Of a stretch of DNA of 64,000 bases, positions 27,956-37,718 are shown piece after piece; the first letter of the stretch is position 1, and the number at the start of each line of letters is the position of its first letter. The notes under the pieces are model-generated. The model worked only from the letters and a program-made list of their open reading frames with translations, was not told the DNA's origin and ran no database searches. A program made the translations under genes and the position numbers. Source of the DNA: Candidatus Magasanikiibacteriota bacterium (lineage in GTDB: Bacteria > Patescibacteriota > Patescibacteriia > Magasanikbacterales > GWA2-37-8); the NCBI GenBank assembly GCA_963840935.1, contig CAWJAS010000001.1:448875-512874 (forward strand), given 5' to 3'.

Positions 27956-29736
27956 TAATTTATTTTTTTTAAATCCTTTACAGCCAGTTGCAATTCGCGG
28001 TTTCCGTTCCATTCATTGACGCTTACCGTAAAAGCAATGTCAATTTTGTCACCCGGAGATAAAATATTTTTCCAATCAGACGGATGTTTTGTTGTGTTGC
28101 CAAAACCAAAAGCAATTAATTTTTTAACTATATTTGTGTTGTGTTTAACAGATAAGCGAAGGTGCTTTCCTTCTTGTCCCACTGGGCTGATTTCGATGAC
28201 GGTGATGTTTTTAGCCGCGTAAATCGGTTCTTCATTACCGACCCCGAATGGTTCAAATTTTTGCAATAGGTCATAAAGTTTCCAGTCAACATTTTCCAAA
28301 CTAATTTCCGCATCAATAAAAATTTGAGGTGTTAAGTCTTCCTTTTCGATTTTTATTTTTGCCAGTTCAATCATTCTTTTTTTGAAGTCCTCGATTAGTT
28401 CCGTTTGCTTAAGAGAAAATCCACAGGCCATGGGATGCCCGCCATATTTGGAAAAAAGATCATCCATTGATTGAAGAGCATTCATTATATTAAACTGCGG
28501 AATGCTCCTGGCGGAACCGGCAATCTCGATACCATTTATAAGACCCATGGCAAAAGCCGGTTTTCCAAAATTATCTTTTAATTTTCCGGAGATCAGTCCG
28601 GCCAAGCCGAGCGGTAAGTCGCTGTTATAATAAAATAAAACCGGGTTATCTGTTTGTTTTGTTTCTTTAATGTGTTTTATTGCGGAATTTACGTATTGTT
28701 CGGTAATTTTTTGTCTGTCCGTGTTATTTTTGCCCAGTTGCTCCGCGGTTTCTTTGACTTCCGCGCTATCTTCGGTTGAAAGAAGAATAAATGCCGTATT
28801 GGCATGGTCCATCCTACCGGCTGCGTTCAATCTGGGAACAATTTGATAGCTGACAGTTTCTGAATTAATATTACCTTTTTTTGGCGCGCCTTTTTCGTTA
28901 AAAATCGAAGCGTTTATCAGGAGTTGTTTTAATCCGATGTTTTTTGTTTTGTTCAACACAGTTAAGCCGTATTTTGTTAGAGTTCTTGATTCGCCAATAA
29001 GCGGTACCATATCTCCGATGGTGGCAATGGCGACGAGGTCAAGAAGCCATTTTTCGAATCCCTCGTGCGATTGTTCATCGAACAACGCATTGTTATTTTT
29101 TTTATGTTCATTTAAAAGACCTTGGGAAAGTTTGAATGCCACGGCTGCTCCAGACAAACCTTTATCGGGATATTTACTTCCTGGCAAATCAGTGTGAATT
29201 ATCGCATCAGCCGGCGGAAGTTTTTTTGGAGGCGTGTGGTGGTCGGTGACAACCACTTTGATTCTATTATTCTTTAAATTTTCAATTTCTTTGTAGTTAG
29301 ATATTCCGCAATCACAAGTAATTAATAAATCAATTTTTTGTTCAATAAATAATTCCGCGGTATTAGGGTTAATGCCATACCCGTCATCTTGTCGATGGGG
29401 GATAAAGACATCAAGATTTTTAGCACCCAGTGATTTTAATGTGTTAATCAAAATAACAGAAGCGCAAACTCCGTCCGCGTCATAGTCGCCGTGAACAATT
29501 ATTTTTTTATTGTCTTTAATCGCGGTTAATATTATTTTTACCGCCTTTTTCATGTCATCAAATAAAATCGGGTCGTGCACGTCGGTTGAGTAATCGGGGT
29601 TCAAAAATTCGTCAATTTTTTCTTGAGTCTGTAAATTACGGTTCCATAAAAGACGCGCTACAATAGGAGGTAGTTCTGGATGTGAGTTTATAAAATTTTC
29701 CGGTGGTTCCGGATAAACAATCCATTTTTTAATCAT
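27955..29736 (-). CDS. recJ: Single-stranded-DNA-specific exonuclease RecJ
   Basis: DHH motifs (DYDADG, DHH) and DHHA1 domain, followed by an OB-fold C-terminus. Confidence 0.9.
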   Translation of the reverse strand: MIKKWIVYPEPPENFINSHPELPPIVARLLWNRNLQTQEKIDEFLNPDYSTDVHDPILFDDMKKAVKIILTAIKDNKKIIVHGDYDADGVCASVILINTLKSLGAKNLDVFIPHRQDDGYGINPNTAELFIEQKIDLLITCDCGISNYKEIENLKNNRIKVVVTDHHTPPKKLPPADAIIHTDLPGSKYPDKGLSGAAVAFKLSQGLLNEHKKNNNALFDEQSHEGFEKWLLDLVAIATIGDMVPLIGESRTLTKYGLTVLNKTKNIGLKQLLINASIFNEKGAPKKGNINSETVSYQIVPRLNAAGRMDHANTAFILLSTEDSAEVKETAEQLGKNNTDRQKITEQYVNSAIKHIKETKQTDNPVLFYYNSDLPLGLAGLISGKLKDNFGKPAFAMGLINGIEIAGSARSIPQFNIMNALQSMDDLFSKYGGHPMACGFSLKQTELIEDFKKRMIELAKIKIEKEDLTPQIFIDAEISLENVDWKLYDLLQKFEPFGVGNEEPIYAAKNITVIEISPVGQEGKHLRLSVKHNTNIVKKLIAFGFGNTTKHPSDWKNILSPGDKIDIAFTVSVNEWNGNRELQLAVKDLKKIN

Positions 29737-29841
29737 AATACTAGAACATGAACGCCGGCATCACAGTAAAGATAACCATTGCCGCTACGGCAAACAAAGC
29801 GATAACAATCCACAGATTTTTTGCTGTTTTATGCTTCATAA

Positions 29842-31641
29842 TTATTTTTTTAAAACTTTTAGATATGCTTCGGGCGGTATATCTACCTTGCCGTGAGCGG
29901 CCATTTTTTTCTTGCCTTTTTTTTGTTTTTTTAGCAATTTCATTTTTCTTGTTACATCACCGCCGTATAATTTTGCCAAAACGTCTTTACGGTAAGCGGA
30001 TAATCTTTCGGCGGCGATTATTTTGCCACCCACCGCCGCTTGAATTTTGAGTTCGAATTGATGGCGAGGTAATGTTTCTTTTAATGTTTCCACAATTTTT
30101 TTACCGGTCTTATAGGCTTCGTCTTCCCACACAAGGGTGGCCAGTTCCTCCACCGGATTTTCGGCAATAAGAATATCTAGTTTTACTATTTTTGTCGGTT
30201 CATATTCTTTGAATTCATAATTCATTGAAGCATAGCCGGATGTTACGGTTTTGAGTTTGTCATAAAAATCCGTAATTAAAGAAGCCAAAGGAATTTCGTA
30301 ATGCAATACTACTCTTTGGTCTGATGTGCCGGACAAAAATTCAGTGTTGACATATCGTCCTCGTTTTTCGGAAACCAAAGCCATAACATTTCCAACATAA
30401 TCTTTTGGTGTAATTATATCGAGTATCATCCACGGTTCCGATGTTGATAAAATATTTGAAGGGTTTGGCATTTCTTGGGGGCCGTGAATGGTAATTTCTT
30501 CATTGTTGCTTTTAACTATTTGATAAGCGACGCTTGGCACGGTTATTACTATGTCCATGTCATGCTCTCTTCTTAATCTTTCTTGAAAGATATCCAAGTG
30601 CAACATGCCCAAAAAACCGCACCTGAAGCCAAAACCAAGGGCTTGCGAGTGTTCTGGTTCATAAAACAAGGATGAATCATTAAGTTTTAATTTTTCAATC
30701 GCTTCACGCAATTCTTGATATTCGTTTCCTTCTTTGGGAAAAATTCCAGCAAACACCATCGGCTGGACTTCTTTGTATCCGGGCAGGGGAGCGTCTGCAG
30801 GCGAATTGCCCAAAGTAATCGTATCGCCGACTCGACAGTCCTTAACTTCTTTTAATCCCGTCACTATATATCCAATTTCACCGTTTTTGAGCGATTTAGC
30901 CGGATAAAGTTTTGGCGTGTAATAACCAATTTCCAACACATCGGCATCTACTTCCGCGGTCATAAGCTGAATTTTTTGACCTTTTTGAATATCTCCGTCC
31001 ACGATTCGCACCGAAGCAAGCACTCCCTTGAACTCATTATATTCAGAATCAAAAATTAAGGCTCGAGATTTTTTTTCGGAATTATTTTTTGGCGCTGGAA
31101 TTCTTTTGATTATTGCTTCTAAAATATCAGGCACTCCTTGTCCGGTTTTTCCTGAAGCCAAAATAATATCGCTTTCCTCACAACCGATTAGGTGAATAAT
31201 TTCTTTTTTTACTCGTTCTATGTTGGCCAGAGGCATGTCGATTTTATTGATAATCGGAATGATGGTTAAGTTCTGGTCAAGGGCCAAATATAAATTTCCG
31301 ATGGTTTGAGCTTGAACCCCTTGGGTGGCGTCAACCAAAAGAATCGCTCCTTCAACGGCTGCGAGTGACCGGGAAACTTCGTAATTAAAATCAACATGTC
31401 CGGGCGTGTCTATTAAATTCAAAATATAATTATTTTTGTCTGATGCTTTGTACAGCATTCTGACCGGAGTTAATTTTATGGTAATACCGCGTTCTCTTTC
31501 CAAATCCATTGAATCCAAAAGTTGGTTTTTCATTTCACGACTTGATACCGTGGCGGTTAATTCCAAAAGACGGTCGGCCAAGGTGCTTTTTCCGTGGTCA
31601 ATGTGGGCTATGATGCAAAAATTTCTTATTTGTTCATTCAT
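29842..31641 (-). CDS. lepA: Elongation factor 4 (LepA)
   Basis: GTPase domain AHIDHGKST and the LepA-specific C-terminal domain. Confidence 0.97.
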   Translation of the reverse strand: MNEQIRNFCIIAHIDHGKSTLADRLLELTATVSSREMKNQLLDSMDLERERGITIKLTPVRMLYKASDKNNYILNLIDTPGHVDFNYEVSRSLAAVEGAILLVDATQGVQAQTIGNLYLALDQNLTIIPIINKIDMPLANIERVKKEIIHLIGCEESDIILASGKTGQGVPDILEAIIKRIPAPKNNSEKKSRALIFDSEYNEFKGVLASVRIVDGDIQKGQKIQLMTAEVDADVLEIGYYTPKLYPAKSLKNGEIGYIVTGLKEVKDCRVGDTITLGNSPADAPLPGYKEVQPMVFAGIFPKEGNEYQELREAIEKLKLNDSSLFYEPEHSQALGFGFRCGFLGMLHLDIFQERLRREHDMDIVITVPSVAYQIVKSNNEEITIHGPQEMPNPSNILSTSEPWMILDIITPKDYVGNVMALVSEKRGRYVNTEFLSGTSDQRVVLHYEIPLASLITDFYDKLKTVTSGYASMNYEFKEYEPTKIVKLDILIAENPVEELATLVWEDEAYKTGKKIVETLKETLPRHQFELKIQAAVGGKIIAAERLSAYRKDVLAKLYGGDVTRKMKLLKKQKKGKKKMAAHGKVDIPPEAYLKVLKK

Positions 31642-31642
31642 A

Positions 31643-33262
31643 TTAATCTTTTGTTTCCATGAGTTCGGTAGTGATTACATTTTGAGGTTTTAAGAATTTA
31701 CCGGTCAGCGCGGATTTAAGGTGAATCATTTCTTCAAGTTTTAATAGCCAGCATACGGTTAAATAAACGGCTAATCCGGTAATACCGGCGATAGCGCCTT
31801 GACCGAAGATTCCCCAAAAGTAATTCAAATTGAAAAAGTTGGATAATGGGTATTTTAACAGTTGGACTATTACAGCCATGAACATTGAAGCAACGGAAAT
31901 TTTTAGTAATGAGTTCATAATTCTATATCCATCAATGTGGGGTAATTTTCTTCGTAAGAACACGATTAATAAAAAGGCGCTTATTATTGCTCCGATTGAA
32001 GCTGCCGCGGCCAATCCGGCCACTCCCATTATTCGCATTAGGATTAGGGCGGAAATAATGGCGCAAGCCTCGGCAATAAGAGCTATAAACAATGGTGTTT
32101 TTGTGTCCGATAGTGAAAAGAATGCTCGTGAAAATAAAGGTATTAAACCCTGAGCGAATAATCCAAAAGAAAAGAAAGCCAAAGTATCGGCGGTTTGTAT
32201 TGTGGCCGTCCAATCAAATTGGCCGGTTCCCAAAACGACGCGCACAATTTGAGCGCGTAAGAGCATTAATATGATCGAAAAAGGTATTATCAAAAAAAGG
32301 ATTTGTCTTATGGCGGACGATAAATTCGCGATGAAAAGTTCCATATCATTATTGGCCGCGGCGGATGCAAGTATGGGAAATACCGCCAGAGCAAAAGGAA
32401 TCGCCAAAATTCCCACAGGTACCGCTTGCAAGTTTGACGCGTAATTGTAAACAGCAATACTGCCGATTGGTAAAAGCGAGGCCAAAATAGTTGTTACCAA
32501 GATATTAATTTCTGTAACAGCCGAGCTTATTGTGCGAGGTATCATTAATTTGGCGATTATTCTTGTGTTCGCGTCTTTTAGGTTAAAACTCCAGCTCCAG
32601 CGCCAACCGGCTTGTTTTGCTCCGATAAATAATAATGAAAAGTGCATGAATGCCCCCAACACAACGCCCCAGGCCAATCCGGTCGGACCGATAATTTTTA
32701 CAAAAAAAGTCGCGCCAATTATTATGCCAAGATTATAAAAAATAGGAGCGACGGAATAAAAAACAAAGCGCCTTAGTGATTGCAAAATTCCACCCAATGT
32801 CATTGATAAACCAAGAATAATCGGAGACAAAAACATTATTCTGGCAAATTGTGTGGCCAAAACGGTGTTTTGGATATCAAATCCCGGTGCGATTAAGGGA
32901 ACAATAAAGTGTGCCAGAGCAATTCCAACTATTGAAAACATTATTAGAGCGACACCAATAATATTAAATACGTTATTGGCCAATCGCCATGCAGAAGTTT
33001 TGTTTTCGGATTGCGAGAAAATTTTTGTGAACGTTGGAATAAAACCGGCGGTTAGAGCCCCGATAATTAGCAGAGTATAAATTAAGTCAGGTATTTTAAA
33101 GGCTGCGTGATAAGCGTCCATAATTGAACCGGCGCCAAAATAATGCGCCAAAATTCTGTCTCTGAATAATCCGATGATTCGGCTAACCAAAGTCGCGCTC
33201 GCGATAATTAACGCTGCTCCGGTGATGGTTTTTGATTGATTGTTTAAAACTTTGAGTATCAT
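31643..33262 (-). CDS. murJ: Lipid II flippase MurJ (MviN)
   Basis: 14-TM MOP-family topology with the MurJ N-terminal signature (ASATLVSRIIGLFRD...). Confidence 0.9.
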   Translation of the reverse strand: MILKVLNNQSKTITGAALIIASATLVSRIIGLFRDRILAHYFGAGSIMDAYHAAFKIPDLIYTLLIIGALTAGFIPTFTKIFSQSENKTSAWRLANNVFNIIGVALIMFSIVGIALAHFIVPLIAPGFDIQNTVLATQFARIMFLSPIILGLSMTLGGILQSLRRFVFYSVAPIFYNLGIIIGATFFVKIIGPTGLAWGVVLGAFMHFSLLFIGAKQAGWRWSWSFNLKDANTRIIAKLMIPRTISSAVTEINILVTTILASLLPIGSIAVYNYASNLQAVPVGILAIPFALAVFPILASAAANNDMELFIANLSSAIRQILFLIIPFSIILMLLRAQIVRVVLGTGQFDWTATIQTADTLAFFSFGLFAQGLIPLFSRAFFSLSDTKTPLFIALIAEACAIISALILMRIMGVAGLAAAASIGAIISAFLLIVFLRRKLPHIDGYRIMNSLLKISVASMFMAVIVQLLKYPLSNFFNLNYFWGIFGQGAIAGITGLAVYLTVCWLLKLEEMIHLKSALTGKFLKPQNVITTELMETKD

Positions 33263-33282
33263 TTTATTCTTTCATTATTCGG

Positions 33283-33966
33283 TTATTTTGCGTTTTTGTT
33301 CTCGAAATTAACCACAATAAATGCGTATGGCGTGTTTTGAGATTTATCGGAATGCTCAACGTATAAATTGACGCTTAATTTATTATCGCGAATAAATAAT
33401 ATTTGTTTGTAATTATGACCGGTCGTTTCGGAACTAATTGTAAAACCGGCCTCTTTTAATTTTGTTTCATAATAATGAATCATCGTTTGCGGTTCACTGG
33501 AAATATTATCCCATTCTATTCTTACGGTATCTTCATCATCGGGTGTCGGTTTAATTAATAGTTTCCATATTTCTCTGGCAACTTCGATTTTTTCCGTTTT
33601 GACTGTTGAGCTGGCGTCGCCCGTCTCGTTGTAGATTAATGGTGAAAGTAAAATTTTTGGAAAAAAAGTTGCCAGTTCCATACTGCGACTTTTGTATTTT
33701 CCGGAGATGACAGTAATTTTGTTAATGTTATACTGGTCATAAATCGGCACTTCGGAGGGGAAATAGGAGGGTAGGTTTTTAATTTCTTTTGGTCCGGCAC
33801 CAATAAATATTTTTATACCAATTACTATGGCAACGACAAAAATTAAAACACAACCACACCCGGAAAGGCAGGCGGTTGTAAACCATGGGCCGCGTTTTTT
33901 TAGTTCCTGAATTGGCGGTTCAATAATTTCAACACCACGCGTTAAATCGTCTGTTTTTGATGTCAT
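33283..33966 (-). CDS. Hypothetical membrane-anchored protein
   Basis: Single N-terminal TM segment (CLSGCGCVLIFVVAIVIGI). No recognizable domain. Confidence 0.4.
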   Translation of the reverse strand: MTSKTDDLTRGVEIIEPPIQELKKRGPWFTTACLSGCGCVLIFVVAIVIGIKIFIGAGPKEIKNLPSYFPSEVPIYDQYNINKITVISGKYKSRSMELATFFPKILLSPLIYNETGDASSTVKTEKIEVAREIWKLLIKPTPDDEDTVRIEWDNISSEPQTMIHYYETKLKEAGFTISSETTGHNYKQILFIRDNKLSVNLYVEHSDKSQNTPYAFIVVNFENKNAK

Positions 33967-34053
33967 AGTCTGAATAATTGTATCAGAATATCAGTATTTT
34001 GTGTAGAGCAGAATATGTGGTAAAATATGGCTATAATTTACTTGAAAAAAATT

Positions 34054-35418
34054 ATGAAACTATCATTTTTTGGGGCGGCAAAAGAGGTGACCGGCTCTTG
34101 TTCACTTTTGGAAACAAATACATCCGGCGTTTTAATTGATTGTGGCGCCTTTCAGGGGGGTGATTTTGTGGAGGAAAGAAATAACGACCCTTTTGTGTTT
34201 GAGGCTGAAAAATTATCAGCGGTAATAATAACCCATGCCCATCTTGACCACATTGGACGCTTGCCCATGCTTATTAAATCAAATTATAACGGATTTATTT
34301 ATGCCACTCCGCCGACAATTGAATTAATAAAAATTGTTTTGGAGGACGCGCATGATGTTATGGTGCACAATTCCAAAAAATACGGCTCGCCCGTATTATA
34401 CAGTTTGGATGATGTGGCTAAAGTTATTGAGCAATGCAAAAGCGTTGATTATTATGAAGAAAAATTTATTTCGGAACAAAAAGATTTATCTTTTAAATTT
34501 TATGAAGCCGGCCATATTTTTGGCTCTGCTTTTGTGGAAATAAAAACAGAAGGAAAAAAAATTATTTTTTCCGGTGATTTTGGAAACATTAATGTTCCTA
34601 TTTTGCGTGATTCCGATGATTTACCAAGCGATGTTGATGTTTTGATTTGCGAATCAACATATGGGAATAGAGAACATGATAATCGGTTAAATCGACAGGA
34701 TGCCATTATGGATATTGTTAAACGCGCAATGGAAAGAGGCGGAACACTGATGATGCCCGCTTTTTCAGTCGAAAGGACGCAGGAGATAATGTATGACCTT
34801 AATGAGTTGATTGACCACAGGAATGAATTGCCAAAGAATATTCCCATATTTTTGGATTCACCATTGGCTATTGAGGCAACTGAAGTTTTTGGGCGACATG
34901 TTAATTATTTTGACAAGGATGCAAAAAAATTCATTTTTTCCGGCGATGATTTATTCAATTTTTCCGGATTGAAAATTTGTTATTCAAGAGAAGAATCTAA
35001 AAATATTAATTCGGTTAAAGGTCCGAAGATTATTATTGCCGGCGCCGGCATGATGAACGGCGGTCGTATTCAGCATCATGCCCTCAGGTATTTGTTTGAA
35101 CCGAATAGCACCATATTTTTTACCGGTTTTCAGGCTTTTAGAACGCTGGGAAGAAAAATACTGGAAGGAAATTCGCCTGTTAATATTTTAGGACATTCGG
35201 TTGATGTTAAATGCCATGTTGAATATGTTGACGTGCTTTCGGCTCACGCTGATAAGAACCGCTTGTTTGAATGGGTAAGTAACAAAGGTAATGCGCCTAA
35301 AAAAATATTTTTAAATCATGGCGATATTGAGCAGATCGAGCCTTTTGCCGAGCGCATCAAAAACGAATTAAAAATAGAAGTTTACCCAGCGACTCCGGAA
35401 GAAGTTTACAATATTTAA
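34054..35418 (+). CDS. MBL-fold beta-CASP ribonuclease (RNase J-like)
   Basis: HAHLDH metallo-beta-lactamase motif, beta-CASP region and a C-terminal RMMBL-like segment. Start placed at the second ATG because the first overlaps the -10 element. Confidence 0.8.
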   Translation: MKLSFFGAAKEVTGSCSLLETNTSGVLIDCGAFQGGDFVEERNNDPFVFEAEKLSAVIITHAHLDHIGRLPMLIKSNYNGFIYATPPTIELIKIVLEDAHDVMVHNSKKYGSPVLYSLDDVAKVIEQCKSVDYYEEKFISEQKDLSFKFYEAGHIFGSAFVEIKTEGKKIIFSGDFGNINVPILRDSDDLPSDVDVLICESTYGNREHDNRLNRQDAIMDIVKRAMERGGTLMMPAFSVERTQEIMYDLNELIDHRNELPKNIPIFLDSPLAIEATEVFGRHVNYFDKDAKKFIFSGDDLFNFSGLKICYSREESKNINSVKGPKIIIAGAGMMNGGRIQHHALRYLFEPNSTIFFTGFQAFRTLGRKILEGNSPVNILGHSVDVKCHVEYVDVLSAHADKNRLFEWVSNKGNAPKKIFLNHGDIEQIEPFAERIKNELKIEVYPATPEEVYNI

Positions 35419-35440
35419 AAGAAAAAAACTTTATCCACAG

Positions 35441-35465
35441 CCCCGATTAAATCGGGGTTTTTTGT
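35441..35465 (+). terminator. Rho-independent terminator (CCCCGATT-TAA-ATCGGGG followed by a T-run)
   Basis: Read directly from the sequence. Confidence 0.7.
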
Positions 35466-35499
35466 TTAATATTAGCCAAAAAAAATTTGGGTTATTGTG

Positions 35500-35551
35500 T
35501 TGACTAATGTATCTATGTGGTATAAAATGGATTGTAGTGGTGAGAAGTGGT
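35500..35551 (+). promoter_or_regulatory. mraZ promoter (TTGACT-17-TAAAAT) with three phased GTGGT repeats (35517, 35537, 35547), a putative MraZ operator
   Basis: Consensus promoter. Direct repeats at 10-nt phase resemble the GTGGG-type MraZ box arrays known in other bacteria. Confidence 0.55.
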
Positions 35552-35563
35552 AAATCAAATGTT

Positions 35564-35995
35564 ATGTTTATTGGTGAATATCAGCACAACCTAGACGATA
35601 AAGGGCGTTTAGCCATTCCTGTTAAATTCAGAAAAGAGCTTCAAAAAGGCGCAGTTGTTACCAGGGGATTGGATAATTGTTTGTTTCTATATACAAAAAC
35701 AGAATGGGAAAAATTGGCCCAAAAACTATCCGCCTTGCCGATAAGCCAATCAAACAGCCGAGCATTCGCCAGATTAATGCTTGCCGGCGCTATGGATGTT
35801 TTAATCGATAAACAAGGAAGAATAGTTTTGCCGGAATATTTACGGACTTTTGCCTCTTTAAAAAAAGAAATTATCGTAGCTGGATTATATGGACGTTTGG
35901 AACTATGGGATGCAAAGAAATGGTCTGATTACAAATTTATGACTGAAAAAGAAAGCGGTGAAATAGCGGAAAGAATGGCCGAATTAGGGGTTTAA
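35564..35995 (+). CDS. mraZ: Transcriptional regulator MraZ
   Basis: Duplicated SpoVT/AbrB-like halves with DxxxR motifs (NLDDKGRLAIP ... IDKQGRIVLP). Confidence 0.9.
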   Translation: MFIGEYQHNLDDKGRLAIPVKFRKELQKGAVVTRGLDNCLFLYTKTEWEKLAQKLSALPISQSNSRAFARLMLAGAMDVLIDKQGRIVLPEYLRTFASLKKEIIVAGLYGRLELWDAKKWSDYKFMTEKESGEIAERMAELGV

Positions 35996-36916
35996 TTGTA
36001 TATGCGACATGTACCTGTATTGTCAGATGAAGTGATTAAATTCTTGCGTTTGTCGCCGGGTAATAATGTTATTGATTGTACCTTGGGAGATGGCGGGCAT
36101 TCAAAGAGAATTTTGGAAGAAACGGCGCCTGACGGGAAATTACTTGGAATTGATTGCGACTCGGAATCGCTCAAAAGAGCTCAAGAATTTTTGGCTGATA
36201 ATACAAAAAGAATCGTATTTGTTCGCGCTAATTTCCGAAATTTAAAAAGCATAATTGACAACAATTTTAATTACAAAATAAATGGCATATTAATGGATTT
36301 GGGCTGGTCTACTCCTCAGTTTATGGAACGTGGCAGAGGATTCAGTTTTAACCTGCCGGTTGGTATCGATGAACCGCTTGATATGCGCTATGACAATTCA
36401 GAGAGTGAGATAACAGCACAAGAAATAGTTAATACTTATAGTGAAAATAAATTATCGGAAATATTTAGGCAATACGGTGAAGAGAAGTTTTATAAAGAAA
36501 TTGCCGTCGCCATTGTTGAAAAAAGAAAAATAAAAAAAATTAATAGCAGTAATGATTTGGTTGAAATAGTTTTAAGCGTTTATAGAAAAAAATTAAAATC
36601 GCGTCTGGATATTCCCCGAATAGGGAAAATACACCCGGCGACAAAAGTATTCCAGGCTCTGCGAATTGTGGTCAATGACGAGCTTGAGGCACTAAAACAA
36701 GCATTGCCTCAAGCTCTTGGCTCTCTTTGCCCCCAAGGAAGGTTGGCCGCTATCACATTTCATTCGCTCGAGGACAGAATAGTAAAACATTATTTTAAAG
36801 CGATTTCCGACCGAGCGATAATAATTACAAAAAAACCGATTATAGCGTCTTTGAGTGAAATCAATTCCAATCCCAAAGCCCGCAGTGCCAAGCTAAGAAT
36901 AATAGAAAAAATATGA
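35996..36916 (+). CDS. rsmH: 16S rRNA (cytosine1402-N4)-methyltransferase RsmH
   Basis: HVPVL start region and SAM-binding DCTLGDGGHS. Confidence 0.92.
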   Translation: MYMRHVPVLSDEVIKFLRLSPGNNVIDCTLGDGGHSKRILEETAPDGKLLGIDCDSESLKRAQEFLADNTKRIVFVRANFRNLKSIIDNNFNYKINGILMDLGWSTPQFMERGRGFSFNLPVGIDEPLDMRYDNSESEITAQEIVNTYSENKLSEIFRQYGEEKFYKEIAVAIVEKRKIKKINSSNDLVEIVLSVYRKKLKSRLDIPRIGKIHPATKVFQALRIVVNDELEALKQALPQALGSLCPQGRLAAITFHSLEDRIVKHYFKAISDRAIIITKKPIIASLSEINSNPKARSAKLRIIEKI

Positions 36917-37284
36917 GATTAGTCAGAAAAATTAGATATCAATTTGATGATTATAAAAGAATAATTAAGAATTATTTTGATTATTCTCGCTTGCCGGCAT
37001 GGCTTACCGGGCGAATTTCTAGGTGTTCTATTTTTGTGATTCTTGTGGTGTGTTCCGTTTGCTATGTTATGCAAATAGCAAACGCCACGAGTAGTGGCTA
37101 TGAAATGCGCGACTTGCAAAGGCAGGTTAATTTATTGAACGAAGAAATAAATAAAATAAACATTGAAGCCGTATCGTATGGTTCTTTGTTAAACCTGGAA
37201 AAGCGCATTCAAGAGTCTGGAATGTCTCGAGTGTCAAATATTGTTTATGTAACTGCTCCGGATGTGATGTTCGCCAAAAAATAA
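36913..37284 (+). CDS. ftsL: Cell division protein FtsL-like (single TM plus coiled coil)
   Basis: Position after rsmH in the dcw cluster. Topology is a TM segment followed by a leucine-zipper-like helix. Confidence 0.55.
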   Translation: MRLVRKIRYQFDDYKRIIKNYFDYSRLPAWLTGRISRCSIFVILVVCSVCYVMQIANATSSGYEMRDLQRQVNLLNEEINKINIEAVSYGSLLNLEKRIQESGMSRVSNIVYVTAPDVMFAKK

Positions 37285-37306
37285 TGACTCGTATTTATAT
37301 ATTTAT

Positions 37307-37333
37307 TCCGGCTATTCCGCCGGATTTTTTTTT
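37307..37333 (+). terminator. Rho-independent terminator (TCCGGC-loop-GCCGGA followed by T9)
   Basis: Read directly from the sequence. Confidence 0.7.
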
Positions 37334-37362
37334 ATGGTATAATTCCAGCGATTATTTATCAT

Positions 37363-37716
37363 ATGCTTATTGCGGTTTTGCCAAGAATTTTATTGGAAAC
37401 AATAGTTGATATTCTGTTGTTTCCTTTATGGTGGTACACAAAAGGCGCCTGGCGCGCCGTTGTTTATTGCGCCAAACTTTTTAAATACGGCAATGAATTG
37501 ATGAACCCCGGTTTGTGGCTCAAAAATATTTTCGTGCCGATGTTCGGTCAATATGATATTCAGGGCAGAATTATCAGTTTTTTAATGAGATTTGCTCAAA
37601 TTATCGCCCGGTCCATTGGGTTGTTTTTGTGGTTGATTGTTTGTGTTATTATATTTTTTTGTTGGCTCGGCATCCCCATAATTATTATTTGGGGTCTTCT
37701 AAATGTATATAAATAA
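37363..37716 (+). CDS. Hypothetical small membrane protein
   Basis: Several hydrophobic helices. Translationally adjacent to the Clp-like gene. Confidence 0.35.
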   Translation: MLIAVLPRILLETIVDILLFPLWWYTKGAWRAVVYCAKLFKYGNELMNPGLWLKNIFVPMFGQYDIQGRIISFLMRFAQIIARSIGLFLWLIVCVIIFFCWLGIPIIIIWGLLNVYK

Positions 37717-37718
37717 AT

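Noticed and set aside
29748-30050. Plus-strand ORF (100 aa) overlapping the 3' end of lepA
   Set aside because: Antisense to the conserved C-terminus of LepA. The translation is hydrophobic low-complexity sequence.
35507-35563. Upstream extension of mraZ (MYLCGIKWIVVVRSGKSNV...)
   Set aside because: The extension would start inside the promoter and -10 region and covers the GTGGT operator repeats. Conserved MraZ begins at MFIGEY (35564).
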